A stretch of DNA of 64,000 nt from assembly GCA_037143195.1 (NCBI GenBank), contig JBAWZD010000001.1:16892-80891 (forward strand). Direction: 5' to 3'. Position numbers and translations under genes: made by a program. Shown here piece after piece: positions 30,156 through 39,226 of the stretch. The notes under the pieces are model-generated. The model was not told where the DNA came from, made no database searches, and worked only from the letters and a program-made list of their open reading frames with translations. Position 1 is the stretch's first letter. Every line of letters begins with the position of its first letter. This stretch comes from a bacterium (lineage in GTDB: Bacteria; Patescibacteriota; Minisyncoccia; Phycocordibacterales; UBA9973).

Positions 30156-31958
30156 ATGGAACAGAGCATTAAAATCAAAAAACTTGAAAAAGAAAAAGAC
30201 ATTGCTGGTCTCGAGACTCTTGCTGAGGAGGCAGACGTTGGTTATGAGCCTGGTATTGCTTCCGATGCGAGAGAAACAATCGAACGGGTGAAGCAGGAGA
30301 ACGATCGCTTGGAACAAGAAAGAATAGCTGAAATTGAGCGTGTAGAGCAAGAAAAAATTGATGCGATTAACCGCTTGGAAAAAGAAAAAAAAGATGCTCA
30401 GGAAGGTTCTGAGTATCTTGATAGTGTGTTGAGTCTTCACGGAACAACTCAAGAGGCCGAGGAGCGTACGGTGAATGTAAATTCAAAGATAGTAGAAGTT
30501 GAAAAGACAGCAGTAGAAAAAATCAAAGAATTAGCAGAAAAGAAAGACGTCGAGGGGATTAAAGCAATACGAGACATGAGCACAGCTCTGTATGATGGTG
30601 AGGCTGTTGGTGAGGCTGAAAAGAATCTTTCGACGAACACAGTGACTCAACAAGCATCATTCGAAATAAAAAAATTTAAATTTAAAAAAAAGAAGGATAC
30701 ATATGATCGTATCGGGGAAGACTTGAAAGTTTTTAGTAAAAAACATGATTCAGGTTTAAAATTCACAATCAGGAAAGACGAACTTCATTCTGAGGATTTC
30801 ATTAAGATACTCAAGCGATATGCTTCAGAGGTTGAAAACGAGGGTGAAGCCGATGAATCATATTTAATTACTCCACTTGAACAAGAAAATATTGCGAAGG
30901 CGTATAATAAGCTTAATGAGCAGAAACAAAGTGCTAAAGAGAGAACAACACAGAGCATGGGTGCCATTGAGGGGCATGAAAGTATAAATGTCATTCGGAA
31001 TATTTCGAATGAAGAGTTTGCTCAGAATTATTTACCGAAGTTTATCCAATTAGCATTTGCTGGAAACAAGAGTTTCCAAATTCCCGAAAATTCATTTACG
31101 CTATCACCAACGAATAAAATTCGCAATGGTCTTGTTGGTAATTTAAAATTTCAAGTGAAAGGCACGAGTGGTCTGGTGGACGCCGAAATTCAGAATTTAA
31201 AGATTAAGTCAGAAAACGGAAACATAAGTATCGACCCGAACTCATTTGATTTTGTTCTTCCAGAAGAAATAAAAGGAGCTCGCGAGTTTGTCAAAAATGC
31301 ATTAGGGGGTTTTGCGAACATTTTCAGCAAAGATCTTTCAAGCTATTCGCTCCCAACTATTAAGAAAGTTCATTTTGCTGGAGATAGGGTGAGAATTGAG
31401 AGTACAACTCTCGATGAGGTTCCAGATAGTGAATTTGTACAACATACGAAAGGCGATTCCGAGGATCATCATACTCCGAAACATGATGCTCACGGATCTC
31501 ATGACTCACATGGTGGGCACCACGATACTCACGGACCCGGACATGCAGAACACCATGGTGGGGAGAAAAAGGAACTGCAAGTCAGAATCCAAGAGTGGTG
31601 GGACAAAAAATTTCCTCAAAAAGATCGCGCTTCGGTCGTGAATGAACCAAATAAAAAAAGTTTTTCATTGAAAAACTTTCTTGATATCAAATCAAAAGAG
31701 GAACGGGCTCAAGGAAAATACGAGGTTGAAAAAGATCAAATCGTTACCGCACTTTATCGAGCAGAAAATAGATTTGTCGAAACAGAGAGAGTTCTCGAAA
31801 ATTCTGGTGGTGCACAAAGCGAACCACAGCTAGCATTGGCACTAGAAAAAATAATTGAAGGTGCGTTAAGTACGTATCTTCGACTTCGACCAGAAGATCG
31901 TGACCCGAGACTTTTAGGAGTACTTGCCCAATTTTTGCCTCCGCAAAATCATAGCTAG
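30156..31958 (+). CDS. Hypothetical 600-aa charged protein with coiled coil and His-rich tract
   Basis: Long AT-rich ORF, E/K-rich N-terminal half, HH/HG-rich segment. Confidence 0.75.
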   Translation: MEQSIKIKKLEKEKDIAGLETLAEEADVGYEPGIASDARETIERVKQENDRLEQERIAEIERVEQEKIDAINRLEKEKKDAQEGSEYLDSVLSLHGTTQEAEERTVNVNSKIVEVEKTAVEKIKELAEKKDVEGIKAIRDMSTALYDGEAVGEAEKNLSTNTVTQQASFEIKKFKFKKKKDTYDRIGEDLKVFSKKHDSGLKFTIRKDELHSEDFIKILKRYASEVENEGEADESYLITPLEQENIAKAYNKLNEQKQSAKERTTQSMGAIEGHESINVIRNISNEEFAQNYLPKFIQLAFAGNKSFQIPENSFTLSPTNKIRNGLVGNLKFQVKGTSGLVDAEIQNLKIKSENGNISIDPNSFDFVLPEEIKGAREFVKNALGGFANIFSKDLSSYSLPTIKKVHFAGDRVRIESTTLDEVPDSEFVQHTKGDSEDHHTPKHDAHGSHDSHGGHHDTHGPGHAEHHGGEKKELQVRIQEWWDKKFPQKDRASVVNEPNKKSFSLKNFLDIKSKEERAQGKYEVEKDQIVTALYRAENRFVETERVLENSGGAQSEPQLALALEKIIEGALSTYLRLRPEDRDPRLLGVLAQFLPPQNHS

Positions 31959-31972
31959 TGAAACGAATTAAT

Positions 31973-32009
31973 AAATCAAAAACCGGCATCATATGCCGGT
32001 TTTTGATTT
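31973..32009. terminator. Bidirectional intrinsic terminator
   Basis: AAATCAAAAACCGGCAT-CAT-ATGCCGGTTTTTGATTT between convergent genes. Confidence 0.85.
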
Positions 32010-32019
32010 GGGTATTGTC

Positions 32020-32095
32020 TGGAGCCGCTTCTCGGACTTGAACCGAGGACCCACGCTTTACAAAAGCGTTGCTCTACCAACTGAGCTAAAGCGGC
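32020..32095 (-). tRNA. tRNA-Thr(TGT), CCA encoded
   Basis: Reverse complement GCCGCTTTAGCTCAGTTGGTAGAGCAACGCTTTTGTAAAGCGTGGGTCCTCGGTTCAAGTCCGAGAAGCGGCTCCA folds as a cloverleaf. Confidence 0.97.
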
Positions 32096-32128
32096 TTGGT
32101 CGGTCGCGTGAGCGACCGAATCATCCTA

Positions 32129-32548
32129 CTATATTTCTTCTTTTTTTGCTAGTCCCATGTCGCCACTTTCTTTACGAATCGCATCGGTTACTTTGTCCTT
32201 GTGAGCACGGATGTTTTTGAGAAATCCGGACGGTCGTCCTCCTTGTGTAAGGTGACCATTCTTTGTGATGAGGCGGTTGAGGCGAGCCTTTACTTTGCCA
32301 TCAGTGTTGCGTACCCATGTTGAGATGAGAATCCAAACCTTGAGTGCCATGAGGACGAAGTGGTGCACGGCAAACTTGGCAAGGTCGACGAGACGCATAC
32401 GAATGCTCTCGATTGAGAGGTCGTGCCAATCTGCCGCTTCATATGACTCAGGAAGGATCTTACCTGTACGAAAGAGCCAAATCTTGTGCCCGATGAGCGC
32501 AAACGCGACTATGACTGAAAGGAAAAAGAGAATAATAGTGAATAGCAT
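32129..32548 (-). CDS. Hypothetical membrane-anchored protein (139 aa)
   Basis: N-terminal TM; TACAAT 6 nt upstream of ATG. Confidence 0.75.
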   Translation of the reverse strand: MLFTIILFFLSVIVAFALIGHKIWLFRTGKILPESYEAADWHDLSIESIRMRLVDLAKFAVHHFVLMALKVWILISTWVRNTDGKVKARLNRLITKNGHLTQGGRPSGFLKNIRAHKDKVTDAIRKESGDMGLAKKEEI

Positions 32549-32569
32549 GTGAGTATTGTACCGCGTCTC

Positions 32570-33346
32570 TTACGCAGTTGCTACACGAACGAATCCGACG
32601 AGGGTCGCACTATTCGCTGCAAGAAGCTTCTCGATAGTCTGGTCAGGATTCTTGATGAATGGCTGATCGACTAGTGTTCGCTCTTTGAAGAATGTATCGA
32701 GTTTACCGGCAAGCATCTTTTCTTGGATATCTGCTGGTTTGCCTGACTTCGCAACTTCTTCGGCGAAGAGTGCTTTGACATTTGTCTTTGCTTCTTCTGG
32801 AACATCGGCGCGAGTCTTGTACTCAGGATTCATCGCAGCAACATGCATTGCGATATCCTTTGCGACTTCTTGGTTGCCTCCCGAGAGACCAACCATTGTA
32901 CCGACGCGTCCATCGTGAACGTAGACACCGACGACAGGAGCCTCCATAACGACGATTTCTCCGAGCTGGAGGTTCTCACCGAGTTTCTGGATACCTGCTG
33001 AGATGAGCTCAGGTGCCATTGCTTCAGCAGCTGCTTTGCCCTGTTCGAGTGCTGCACTTGCGAGTGTTGTTGCGATTGCAACGAAGTCTGCGTTTTTTGC
33101 AACGAAGTCTGTCTCACAGCGGAGTGTCAAAAGGAGAGCGAAGCCATTCTTTTCTGCTTTGACGATAACGCCAGCAGTTGCTTCACGGTCAGACTTTTTG
33201 GCTGCAATTTCTGTTGATTTCTTTTTGAGGATGAGGAGCGCTTTTTCCATGTCTCCGCCTGCCTCTTCAAGTGCCTTCTTGCACTGCATAACTGAAACGC
33301 CCGTCTTGTCTCGCAATTCTTTGACCTGTTCCGTTGTGATAGCCAT
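32570..33346 (-). CDS. tsf: Elongation factor Ts
   Basis: VKELRDKTGVSVMQCKKAL, CETDFVA, IAMHVAAMNP; downstream of rpsB. Confidence 0.97.
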   Translation of the reverse strand: MAITTEQVKELRDKTGVSVMQCKKALEEAGGDMEKALLILKKKSTEIAAKKSDREATAGVIVKAEKNGFALLLTLRCETDFVAKNADFVAIATTLASAALEQGKAAAEAMAPELISAGIQKLGENLQLGEIVVMEAPVVGVYVHDGRVGTMVGLSGGNQEVAKDIAMHVAAMNPEYKTRADVPEEAKTNVKALFAEEVAKSGKPADIQEKMLAGKLDTFFKERTLVDQPFIKNPDQTIEKLLAANSATLVGFVRVATA

Positions 33347-33364
33347 AGATATAGTTTTTGTTAA

Positions 33365-34054
33365 TTACTGCTTGTAAGCATCGGCAAGGTGTTTGACGAT
33401 GAATTCGATTGCTGCACGTGATGCATCGTTGGCAAGGATTGGGTAGGTGATTGTTGTGAGGTCACAGTCGGTACTACCGAGTGCGATGACTGGGATACCG
33501 AGACGCTGTGCTTCAAGAACTGCGATCTCTTCTTTCTTTGGGTCGACGATGAAGAGTGCATCTGGAAGTCCTTTGAGAGAAACGATACCACTGAAGAGTT
33601 CTTCCATTTTCGCAACTTCACGCGCGATGAGGAGCTGTTCTTTCTTGGTGTATTTCTTCTGAAGGTCTCCGGAGATTTTGGCTGCGCGGAGTTCTTCGAG
33701 ACGAGTGAGACGCTTTTTGATCTCAGGGAAGTTGGTAAGGATACCTCCAACCCAGCGACTCGTAACGAATGGAAGATCGAGACTTTCTGCGGCTGTGCGA
33801 GTAGCGTCTTTTGCTTCTGGCTTTGTACCGACGAAGATAACAGTCTTGCCTTTCTGGCCGAGTGTCTTCATATACTCAGTCGCTTTCTGGAGCATGACTT
33901 CTGTCTGTTCGATATCAATGATGTCGACCTTGTTTTTTGTGCCGAACAAATGTCGGGCAACTGATGGGTGACGGCGAGTTCGGGAATATCCGAAGTGAGC
34001 GCCGACACTAAAGAGCTCCTTGAGGAGCGGGGATGCACTGGTGTTCTCTGACAT
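33365..34054 (-). CDS. rpsB: 30S ribosomal protein S2
   Basis: GAHFG, FVGTK, RWVGGILTNF, ANDAS. Confidence 0.97.
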   Translation of the reverse strand: MSENTSASPLLKELFSVGAHFGYSRTRRHPSVARHLFGTKNKVDIIDIEQTEVMLQKATEYMKTLGQKGKTVIFVGTKPEAKDATRTAAESLDLPFVTSRWVGGILTNFPEIKKRLTRLEELRAAKISGDLQKKYTKKEQLLIAREVAKMEELFSGIVSLKGLPDALFIVDPKKEEIAVLEAQRLGIPVIALGSTDCDLTTITYPILANDASRAAIEFIVKHLADAYKQ

Positions 34055-34211
34055 ATACACAATAGCTTGGTTTCTCGGTCAGTGACCGGAAGACCTTAAT
34101 TATAAAGCCGAGCTACGCTCGGCGCGATCCGTTTTTAAGCATTTCAGCTTGGCATTTCTGCCGATACAGGGAAGGTGACTAGTGTCGGGACTCCCCACGG
34201 AAAGCCCGATT

Positions 34212-34240
34212 ACTATAGCAGAAAAATTGGTTTTGGGCAA
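34212..34240 (-). promoter_or_regulatory. Putative sigma70 promoter of rpsB-tsf
   Basis: Minus strand TTGCCC-17 nt-TATAGT with a TG extension. Confidence 0.65.
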
Positions 34241-34321
34241 ATGATTCGCGAGGGTACAAGTTCATTTGTAAAAGGCACTTTTTTCCTGTAGTATCCGTAT
34301 ATAACATAATCTAAAAACCAG

Positions 34322-35779
34322 ATGGCAAATCCTCAAAATCAATCAACTGAAGAGTCGTTCCACATCACTCCTCGCGCAGAGGATTATTCTGCTTGGTATC
34401 TCGATATCATTCGCGCAGCTGGTCTTGCCGAACATGGTCCAGCAAAAGGAACGATGGTTATCAAACCCTACGGTTACGCTATTTGGGAAAAGGTACAAAA
34501 TGTTTTGAATGCAAAATTCAAAGAATCAAATGTTGAGAATGCGTATTTCCCGATGCTCATTCCTGAAAGTTTGCTCAAGCGTGAAGCTGACCATATTGAA
34601 GGTTTCGCTCCAGAAGTTGCTGTTGTGACTCATGCTGGTGGCAAAGATTTGGAAGAACGACTTATCATCCGACCAACATCGGAAACAATTATGTATGAAG
34701 TGTTTTCAAATTGGATTCATTCATATCGTGATTTGCCACTTTTGATAAATCAATGGGCCAATGTTGTGCGTTGGGAAATGCGTCCACGACTTTTTTTGCG
34801 TACAACAGAATTCTTGTGGCAAGAAGGGCATACGGTGCATGCGAGCGAGGCGCTTGCCGACGAGCGAGCCCGCATGATGCTTGAGGTGTATCGAGATTTC
34901 GCTGAAACGTACATGGCCATCCCTGTTATTCCTGGACAGAAGTCTGATTCAGAAAAATTCGCTGGAGCACTCCGCACCTATACATGTGAAGCCATGATGC
35001 AAGATGGCAAAGCGCTTCAGTTTGCAACGTCACATAATCTTGGAGATCATTTTGCGAAAGCATTTCATATTCAATTCCTCGACGAGAACAATGAACAGCA
35101 GTTTGGTTGGCAAACGAGTTGGGGTCTTTCGACACGTTCTATTGGTGGACTTATCATGACTCACAGTGACGACAAGGGTCTCGTGCTTCCCCCAAAGATG
35201 GCTTCGATTCAAGCAGTGCTTGTGCCTATTCTCATTGGCAAAGATGTTGATGCTGATGTGCTCGCAAAAATAAAAGAACTCGATACTCAAATTCGTGCGC
35301 TTTCAATCAGTACAAAAATCGACGACCGCGCAATGCGTCCTGGAGAAAAATTCTATGAATGGGAACGTAAGGGCGTACCTGTTCGTGTTGAGTTCGGACC
35401 AAAAGATCTCACCGCGAATCATGCCGTACTTGTGCGTCGCGATACCGGCGAAAAAGAAACAGTCACGCTCAGTGACGTTCCTGAACGTATCGGTCAGCTT
35501 CTTGAAACGATTCAAAAATCTTTGTATGAACGCGCTGTGCAACTCCGAACGAGTAAAACAAAGACACTCGACAATTGGGATGAATTTAAACAAGCGATCG
35601 AAGAAGGTAATTTTGTCCTTGGACACTGGGATGGCACACGCGAAACAGAAGCACTCATCAAAGAAGAAACTGGAGCGACGATTCGCTGCATTCCGTTTGA
35701 TTCAAAGGAAGAAATTGGTATGTGTATTAAGACGGGCAAACCATCAAAGCGTCGCGTAATTTTTGCGAAGGCATATTAA
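34322..35779 (+). CDS. proS: Proline--tRNA ligase, archaeal/eukaryotic type
   Basis: RPTSETI, NQWANVVRWE, EFLWQEGHT, TSWGLSTR, C-terminal FAKAY. Confidence 0.96.
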   Translation: MANPQNQSTEESFHITPRAEDYSAWYLDIIRAAGLAEHGPAKGTMVIKPYGYAIWEKVQNVLNAKFKESNVENAYFPMLIPESLLKREADHIEGFAPEVAVVTHAGGKDLEERLIIRPTSETIMYEVFSNWIHSYRDLPLLINQWANVVRWEMRPRLFLRTTEFLWQEGHTVHASEALADERARMMLEVYRDFAETYMAIPVIPGQKSDSEKFAGALRTYTCEAMMQDGKALQFATSHNLGDHFAKAFHIQFLDENNEQQFGWQTSWGLSTRSIGGLIMTHSDDKGLVLPPKMASIQAVLVPILIGKDVDADVLAKIKELDTQIRALSISTKIDDRAMRPGEKFYEWERKGVPVRVEFGPKDLTANHAVLVRRDTGEKETVTLSDVPERIGQLLETIQKSLYERAVQLRTSKTKTLDNWDEFKQAIEEGNFVLGHWDGTRETEALIKEETGATIRCIPFDSKEEIGMCIKTGKPSKRRVIFAKAY

Positions 35780-35785
35780 AGGTAT

Positions 35786-36832
35786 ATGTTTGAACGGGTA
35801 TACAACGCATTTTCAAACGACATCGGTATCGACCTCGGTACTGCGAATACGCTCGTGTACCTCAAGGGGCATGGGATTGTGATTAATGAACCTTCTGTGG
35901 TGGCGGTGAATCAAAAGACTGGACGTATTGTGGCTGTCGGTACTGAGGCCAAGAACATGCTCGGACGAACTCCAGGGCATATTCGTGCTGTGCGACCGAT
36001 CATCGATGGCGTGATTTCTGATTTTGAAGTGACTGAGGAGATGCTTTCGTATTTGATTGCGAAGGCCGAAAAAATTTCGAAGAAATTTTTTCGGCCCCGT
36101 GTCGTCATCGGTGTTCCATCAGGAATCACCAACGTTGAAATTCGCGCCGTCTATGACGCTGCAAAATCTGCTGGGGCGCGTGAAGTATTCATCATCGAAG
36201 AACCAATGGCAGCAGCAATCGGTATTCGTCTTCCTGTCAAAGAACCAGTCGGTTCAATGATTGTCGATATCGGTGGAGGTACGACAGACATCGCCATCAT
36301 TTCTCTTGGAGGAATCGTGCGGAGCAAGAATTCAAAAGTAGCGGGCGACAGACTCAACTCAGATATTTCTTCATACCTTCGCGATGAATTCAAATTGCTC
36401 ATCGGCGAAAAGACTGCTGAAAATGTGAAGATAGCAATTGCGAGCGCAACTGAAGGCAAATTTCAAGAAGCGCAAGTGCGTGGACGTGACCTCGTTACGG
36501 GACTTCCTCGTGAGGTTATTATTACCGACAGTGATATTCGCGAAGCGATTGCGCCAGCGGTCAACGAACTTGTTGATGGAATCAAAGAAGTACTCGAAAC
36601 AACACCACCTGAAATTCTTTCTGATGTAATGAATCGCGGTATCGTCCTCTCTGGTGGCGGAGCACTTTTGACTGGTCTCGATACATTGCTCGAAGGGGTA
36701 CTCAAGATTCCTATTTTTGTGGCCGAAGATCCGCTCACGGCGGTGGCGCGTGGTGCAGGTGTCGTGCTTGATGCTGTGGATGAATATGAAGAACAGCTTG
36801 TCAGCTCGACAAACGATCTGCCTCCACGATAG
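35786..36832 (+). CDS. mreB: Rod shape-determining protein MreB
   Basis: IGIDLGTANT, EPSVVA, EEPMAAAIG, DIGGGTTD, GGGALL. Confidence 0.97.
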   Translation: MFERVYNAFSNDIGIDLGTANTLVYLKGHGIVINEPSVVAVNQKTGRIVAVGTEAKNMLGRTPGHIRAVRPIIDGVISDFEVTEEMLSYLIAKAEKISKKFFRPRVVIGVPSGITNVEIRAVYDAAKSAGAREVFIIEEPMAAAIGIRLPVKEPVGSMIVDIGGGTTDIAIISLGGIVRSKNSKVAGDRLNSDISSYLRDEFKLLIGEKTAENVKIAIASATEGKFQEAQVRGRDLVTGLPREVIITDSDIREAIAPAVNELVDGIKEVLETTPPEILSDVMNRGIVLSGGGALLTGLDTLLEGVLKIPIFVAEDPLTAVARGAGVVLDAVDEYEEQLVSSTNDLPPR

Positions 36833-36873
36833 TCGAGTATCCGCTCGCGCACCTTTTGTGCTATTCTAGAAAA

Positions 36874-37668
36874 ATGATTCCGCGTCAGCGACAATTTGCT
36901 CCAACACATACCAAAACACGCCAATTGCGTGTCGTTGGCGCAGCTCTTTTCCTTGTTATTATTTTTGCTATTCCGACGATTCGCTCGGGCATGCGTCGAG
37001 GAGTGAGTGCTGTCGGCATTACGATTGCTCGGGGCACACACGCCGTGGGTGGTTGGCTTGTCGATATCCGCACAACTGTGGTTTCAAAAAATTCGCTCGC
37101 GACTGAAAACGCCGTACTTAAAACACAGGTTGCTGAATTGACGGCACGACTCGCAAGTAGTGATCAGGTCGCACGAGAAAATGCGAACTTGAAATCTGCG
37201 ATGGGAAGAAGTGAAGCAAATCATTTTACGCTTGCGACCGTGATTGAAAAACCACCACATTCTTTGTATGACACGCTCGTCATTGATGGAGGAAGCTCCG
37301 TTGGTCTCGCTGTAGGACAGAGTGTGTATGCCAATGGAGAAACACCAATCGGTTCGATTGCACAAGTATTACCAAGTACGGCAATCGTTAAACTCTATTC
37401 TGCTCCAGGTGAAGAAACGGAAGCACGATTGATGCCTTCAAATATAGATGTGACACTTGTTGGAAAAGGTGGTGGCAATTTTTCAACGACGATTCCGCAC
37501 GATGTTGCAGTATCTGAGGGGACGACAGTGATGACCAAAGAAACGAATGCAAGTACGATTGCGGTATTTCAAAAAGTAGTTTCAGATGCACGAGATTCAT
37601 TTCAAACGATCTTGCTTGGTGCACCGCTCAATATGTACGAATTGAATTTCGTCGAAGTACGACAATAA
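36874..37668 (+). CDS. mreC: Rod shape-determining protein MreC
   Basis: TM, coiled coil (ENANLK), LVIDGGS..G; follows mreB. Confidence 0.85.
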   Translation: MIPRQRQFAPTHTKTRQLRVVGAALFLVIIFAIPTIRSGMRRGVSAVGITIARGTHAVGGWLVDIRTTVVSKNSLATENAVLKTQVAELTARLASSDQVARENANLKSAMGRSEANHFTLATVIEKPPHSLYDTLVIDGGSSVGLAVGQSVYANGETPIGSIAQVLPSTAIVKLYSAPGEETEARLMPSNIDVTLVGKGGGNFSTTIPHDVAVSEGTTVMTKETNASTIAVFQKVVSDARDSFQTILLGAPLNMYELNFVEVRQ

Positions 37669-37672
37669 TTTT

Positions 37673-38902
37673 GTGAAGCCAATCAAATTTACGATTACGA
37701 AAAAAATAGACAACGCGCTTGGACGTGCGGGTGTTCTCGTGACGCCTCATGGAACAGTGCACACGCCCGCGTTTGTGTCTGTTGGAACGAAAGCAACCGT
37801 CAAAGGAATGACGCCGGAAATGCTCAAAGATATGGGTGGACAAATCACACTCTGTAATACGTATCATTTGTACTTGCAACCGGGTGATGAATTGATTGCG
37901 CGTGCGGGCGGACTCCATACATTTATGGGGTGGCATGGACCGATGATGACGGACTCGGGAGGATTTCAAGTATTTTCACTGGGTGCTGCATATGGCAAAG
38001 GAATTTCAAAAGTGCTCCATCCTGTCGAGCCATCGCAACAAATCCCTGAACGTTCAAGTGCTGATGACGGCGTACCTCGCCTCGCGACGGTCGGCAATGA
38101 CGGCGTTTCGTTTCGTTCCCACATTGATGGAAGCTTGCATTACATCACTCCTGAAAAGTCGATGGAGATCCAACACAATCTTGGGGCTGATCTTATTTTT
38201 GCATTCGATGAATGCACCTCACCAACAGAAGAACGCAGATATCAAGAAGAGGCACTGATGCGCACACACGCGTGGGCGAAACGAAGTTTGGAATATCATC
38301 ATGCGCGACCGAATGCTGAGCGACAGGCACTACTTGGTATTGTGCAGGGTGGGCGAGATGAGGAGTTGCGCCGCCGGTCGGCTCGTGAAATAGCGGCGAT
38401 GCGCTCGACCGGCGGCGCCGAATTCGACGGCTTTGGCATCGGAGGATCATTTGAAAAAGACGACCTTCACAGCGCTGTGCAGTGGGTCAACGAAGAATTG
38501 CCCGAAGACAAACCTCGTCACTTGCTCGGTATTGGTGAACCTGAAGATCTGTTTATGGGCGTTGAGAATGGTGTTGATCTCTTTGACTGTGTCGCTCCAA
38601 CACGCAATGCTCGATCGACTGGTACGCTCTATACCAAAGAAGGACGCATGCGCATCATGAACACAAAGTATCGCGAAGATTTCACTCCAATCGAAAGTGA
38701 TTGCGGATGCTACACGTGCACGCATTTCACTCGCGCGTATCTCGCACATCTTTTTCATGCCAAAGAAATGCTCGGCAGTATGCTTGCAAGCGTGCACAAT
38801 TTGTATTTCCTCACACACCTTGTCGACCAAATGCGCGAGGCAATCATTGCAGGAACTTTTTATGAACTCAAAGAATCGTTCATGAAAACATATACAAAAT
38901 AA
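37673..38902 (+). CDS. tgt: tRNA-guanine transglycosylase
   Basis: NTYHL, TDSGGFQ, FDEC, GIVQGG, DLFDCV.PTR, CGCYTC. Confidence 0.95.
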   Translation: MKPIKFTITKKIDNALGRAGVLVTPHGTVHTPAFVSVGTKATVKGMTPEMLKDMGGQITLCNTYHLYLQPGDELIARAGGLHTFMGWHGPMMTDSGGFQVFSLGAAYGKGISKVLHPVEPSQQIPERSSADDGVPRLATVGNDGVSFRSHIDGSLHYITPEKSMEIQHNLGADLIFAFDECTSPTEERRYQEEALMRTHAWAKRSLEYHHARPNAERQALLGIVQGGRDEELRRRSAREIAAMRSTGGAEFDGFGIGGSFEKDDLHSAVQWVNEELPEDKPRHLLGIGEPEDLFMGVENGVDLFDCVAPTRNARSTGTLYTKEGRMRIMNTKYREDFTPIESDCGCYTCTHFTRAYLAHLFHAKEMLGSMLASVHNLYFLTHLVDQMREAIIAGTFYELKESFMKTYTK

Positions 38903-38903
38903 T

Positions 38904-39218
38904 ATGGATATCGAAAAAGGATTTTATTATCACTACAAACACGATCCGTCGGGGGAGATAAACAACTTTGCCTATGAAGTGATGGGGATTGCACATCACT
39001 CAGAAATTGCAGGTCTTGATGAAAGCGCGATGGTCATGTATCGACCCCTCTACTATGCTCCGATATATCAAGCAGGGAAGCATTGGAATGTCCGACCGCG
39101 CGCAATGTTCACCGAAATGGTGACCAAAAATGACGTGAACAAACCACGATTTCAAAAAATTACAGACAGCATGATACTCGATGAACTTGAGAAAATTCGT
39201 GATGCCATGTATAACTAA
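38904..39218 (+). CDS. DUF1653-like protein
   Basis: YYHYK..YEV.GIA.HSE...MV.YRPLY...VRP..MF...RF. Confidence 0.75.
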   Translation: MDIEKGFYYHYKHDPSGEINNFAYEVMGIAHHSEIAGLDESAMVMYRPLYYAPIYQAGKHWNVRPRAMFTEMVTKNDVNKPRFQKITDSMILDELEKIRDAMYN

Positions 39219-39226
39219 CAGCTACG

